DNA of 64,000 nt from Okamejei kenojei (taxonomy: Eukaryota), in the NCBI GenBank assembly GCA_035221665.1, contig CM069157.1, forward strand, positions 5,456,001 to 5,520,000, read 5' to 3'. The position numbers were made by a program, and so were the translations under genes. The notes beneath the pieces were generated by a model, which saw nothing but the letters and a program-made list of their open reading frames with translations, was not told the DNA's origin and did no database searches. Shown here piece after piece: positions 60,113-64,000 of the stretch. Positions within the stretch are counted from its first letter, which is position 1. The number at the start of each line of letters is the position of its first letter.

Positions 60113-63100
60113 AACTTTCACTTAGGTGTAAAACATGCCACATTTTTCAAAAAGCTAGGTGCAAGTGTCAGCCAGTAGTTATTTTAATAAATGGCTGATG
60201 GCTCAGTTATATCTTTTCCTCTGCATAAACCAAATAATAGCTGTCAAAGAGGAACAGACCCTGTGGCATGATGATCTTACAGAGCTATTGTGGATCACAA
60301 ACAAGAAGCTGCAGAAATAATCTGCTGATGGCAGATATACTTCAGCACATCTGCTTAACCTTTATGATACTGGAGATTAATTGCAAAAGGCTTGTAAAAA
60401 AAATGTTAAAAAATGTTAAAAAAAGGATAGCGTAAACATTGCCCAAACAAGGTTTGTATATCTCCACAAATTTTCAAAACAAATGAGCTATTTTGTTGCC
60501 AGGATTGCTACGCCATATAATGTAAACTGAATTAGTAACCTTTACTTGCGCAGACAAATGCTTTTTATAAAAAGATAAAATTAAGTCTATTTCAGGATAT
60601 CCTGTGGTTTTGGGTTTTATTTACAGGAATGCTTGAGAGGTGAAAAATATGTGTTTTAAACATACACTTTATTTTCCTCTTAATCATTCTTGAGACTGGA
60701 GAGCATGGCTAGGATTTTAACATGGGATTCAGTTTGATGAGGAATTTCTGAGGGTCAGAATTCAGGCAGCACAGGAAGCACATTGGCAAAATTAAGAGCA
60801 ATGGAAGGAATACAGCAATGCCTTGTCTAAAAGTCTGACTTATTAGAATTCAGTCAAGGTTGGGGTGGAACCACAACAATAGCTTTTCCTTCTCAACCTG
60901 CTCTCTCCTCAGTGACATTGAAAGCACAAATATTTGGAACGTGCTCCGAACTACCTGAGACATGCTGTCAGGGTGGCGATGGAGGCAAATGCATGCTTAG
61001 CTATTGCGTATCAAAGTTGTGACATTATTTACCATGTTATACTTTCATTTGGGTGTAAAGCATTGCATTTTCTAAAAAAATTAAGTGCAAGTGCCAGCCA
61101 GTAGTTAATCTTTTGGATTAGCACATGGATATGCACAGAATGTGGGTATATGGATTATATGCAGGCATATAAGGGCTGGTCTTGTCATCATGTTCGACAC
61201 AGACATTGTGGGTTGTTCCTGCACTGTACTGTTCTATATGTTCTATTTTCTACGTCTTTATCAAATATAACAGAAAGATAGGGGATATGCGCAATATTAA
61301 CCTGTGGGCACAAAGGAATTCTTCTGATCCACATAGAAATGCAACCCTTTCTCCTATTGCATTACATACCACAAAAGCAATGGTCTCCAGTCCACAAGCA
61401 CAGATAGAGACATTTGAACACAATAACTGTACCCAGTGGTAGGTGATAAAATATATTTTCAAAATTACAAGGACTTGTGGTTATGATTTATTTCCACATT
61501 CACACATTTTCTCTCACTCTTGTGTATTACTATGCATTCAGACTCATACTTCAGTACTGTATTCGTGTAATGTGAAAGCAACTTCTCACTTACATAAAAC
61601 TTACATAAAGAGTGTAAATTAGTTCAGAGGCCCAGACTGAGAAATGAACTCTTTTGCATGAGCATCAAAGGAAGCATCAAATTAAAAAATTTCGATTACA
61701 CCGAATCAGCAGTAAAAACACATAGTTATTTATAGATATTGTAGTTTAAGATATTTTCTAAACAGTACAACAGAAAGCAGTAAACACAGGTGCTCACTAA
61801 ATATAGAATTATGTAAGTGTACAGCACAAAAACAGACCCACCTCACATATGCCAACCGTGATGCGTTTCTACACTAATACCATTGTCTGCATTAGGCCCA
61901 AACGCATCTACTCTTTTCCTCACTGTGCATCTGTCCAAATGACTTTTAAACATTGTAATTGTATCCGTCTCCATCATCTCCCCTGACAACGCGGTCTAGA
62001 TGTTCACCACCCTTGCCCTTCAGATCTCCTTTAAATTTCTCTCCTCGCTTTAAACCTGTTCTCTCTAGTTCCCTAGGAAAAGGATTCTGACAATCCATGC
62101 TATTCAAGCATCTAATTTTTTTTTAAACCTCTAAGGTTGCCTGTCAAATTGTCAATGGATGGTTGTGATCATCAAGTACATTTCAATTGATCAATAGCCA
62201 GATAAATGACATTCATATCAAGACACAGAATCTAATCAATTGTTGATTGACTATTTATAGCATACATTATGTACTTAATAACATGAAGACAGATATCCAT
62301 TAACATCTGATTTTATTTATTGATACCTTCATGAAACAAATTTACTAATAAAGGGAACTTAAAAATAACTTGAAAATTAGCAATCTGTAGTTTACAATTG
62401 CTTTGGAAATTTACAATTAATCACAGCCACCAGTATCATCTTTCAAGGCATTCATGCAGTGGAAGAGACATGCTGTAATATCATCTCCTTTGTTACCTGC
62501 AGGTATAGAAACAAAAATGATTTCTACAATTTTCATATTATTACAAATTCCAGAACCAGGCCATAAATTATTGCAAAATTAAACTCATTTTAGCCAACAA
62601 AATTGAACGTTTCATGTTAAATTCAATGACAAAATTATTCATTTTCTTTTTAAAATAATCATAATATAGACAGCACTGATACGCTTAAGGTTGTTGATAA
62701 CATTCTCAGGATACGAGGGCAGGATATGAATGCCCAAGGCTGACAGTTAAGACAATGACAGAAAGAGGAAATTCCAAGCAGATAAATTAATCCATGGTAT
62801 TCTACCATACATCTCAATAGAAATATTGTCATCACAGGGTCATCTCCAGGTTACAGCAAAGTTCCATCCCTATGAGCTGTTTATAACTCATGCAGTTTGC
62901 AAGTCAGAAATGCAGCTGCAAACCAAGTTTCAAAACGGCAGAAGATGCCTTCAGCCCCACGGCACATGTTTAAATTTGTTTTATGAAGAGATCAATATAT
63001 GAAATCTAGATCGTAAAGAGTACCTGTCAGTTCACTCAAGTAAATACATAATGTAATTTGTTAGATGTTTTAATAATTAAATTTTGGCAATATATCCATT

Positions 63101-63415
63101 GTTGTGATTGAAAATACTAAAACTGAAAACAATTCAAGAGGGATATGGGCCAAACGCGAGCAGGTGGCTGGCACCAGTGCAGATGGGGCATCTTGGTCGG
63201 CATGGGCAAGTTGTGCCAAAGGGCCCATTTCGTACTCTGATCCTAATTAAAAGATTCCCATTTAAGAAAATAGTTTTGTGTATAGGCCTGAAGAATTTGT
63301 CCTTTGATCTCACCTACAATCATTTGTAATATTCTTGAAAATGTTCTCAATACCTTCTCATCAAGCTAGGGATACTATCTTTCTGCACTTACTATTGCAA
63401 ATCTTAAGCGTTGAG

Positions 63416-63466
63416 GACTTCTATTGAGCAAACTCACACCAGACTTCTATTGAGCAAACTCACACC
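63416..63466 (+). repeat. 26-bp period tandem duplication
   Basis: gacttctattgagcaaactcacacc occurs twice. Confidence 0.95.
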
Positions 63467-63644
63467 GGAAATTATGTTGCAATGTAATGATATCTTAGTT
63501 TAGTTGCATCATTTCATTATTCTGAATAATTACAATTTAATTTTAATATACTGATCAAGCAAGGAAAACAAAATTACAATATCGATTACCATGCATCACA
63601 CAACAGTGCAGCTCACCTAAGGCACAGCCAGCAGAACTGCTGCC

Positions 63645-63980
63645 TCACAATGGACTGTGAACTGCATCGTGGCTTGGTATGGCAACTTGAGCTGCCAGGA
63701 GCAGAAAAGGCTGCAAAAAGTTGTAAACACTGCCCAGTCCATCATCGGCTCTGACCTCCCTACCATCGAGGGGATCTATCGCAGTCGCTGCCTCAAAAAG
63801 ACTGCCAACATCATCAAGGACCCACACCACTGGCCACACACTTATCTGTCCGCTGCCATCAGGTAGAAGGTACAGGAGCCTGAAATCTGGTATATCCAGG
63901 TTCAGAAACAGCTGCTTCCCCACAGCAATCAGACTATTAAACACAACTTCGAACAAACTCTGAACTATAACAGCCTATTG
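63645..63980 (+). mobile_element. Rex1/Babar-type LINE 3' fragment
   Basis: CIVAWYGN..KRLQKVVNTAQSIIG..IYRSRCLKK..NIIKDPHH motif. Confidence 0.8.
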
Positions 63981-64000
63981 CGGGGGGGAGGTGTGTGTGT

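Noticed and set aside
36700-64000. First exon or promoter of EPB41, or another protein-coding gene
   Set aside because: No non-repeat CpG island or recognisable host coding exon was found; remaining ORFs are short, low-complexity or repeat-derived.

Overview
Eukaryotic, AT-rich, repeat-dense vertebrate genomic DNA, most likely a cartilaginous fish (skate/ray; inferred from HE1/V-SINE-like, CR1 and Penelope repeat content). The window holds the 5' and middle part of EPB41 (protein 4.1R) on the minus strand: 15 GT-AG coding exons from 36636 down to 3288 that splice into one uninterrupted 736-codon frame (U1 headpiece, FERM, FA, U2, SAB). The C-terminal exons lie below base 1, and 36.6-64 kb is 5' intron or upstream sequence. 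Hallmark mammalian 4.1R splicing features appear conserved: the 17-nt exon 2'/exon 2 dual acceptor with AUG1/AUG2, small exons 14-16, and a weak exon 16 donor followed by an RBFOX motif cluster. The introns carry a Passport-like Tc1 element, a canonical non-autonomous Helitron, hAT and Harbinger MITEs, and CR1, Rex1, RTE, Penelope and SINE copies. The most striking observation is a set of ribozyme-like motifs in retroelements. A 141-bp TSD-flanked element begins exactly with a minimal HDV-like ribozyme fold (43457-43510, minus). Many Penelope terminal repeats carry hammerhead cores, and an RTE 5' UTR fragment has a decayed HDV-like fold. Most listed ORFs are spurious. All family names are from recalled sequence similarity; no searches were run.
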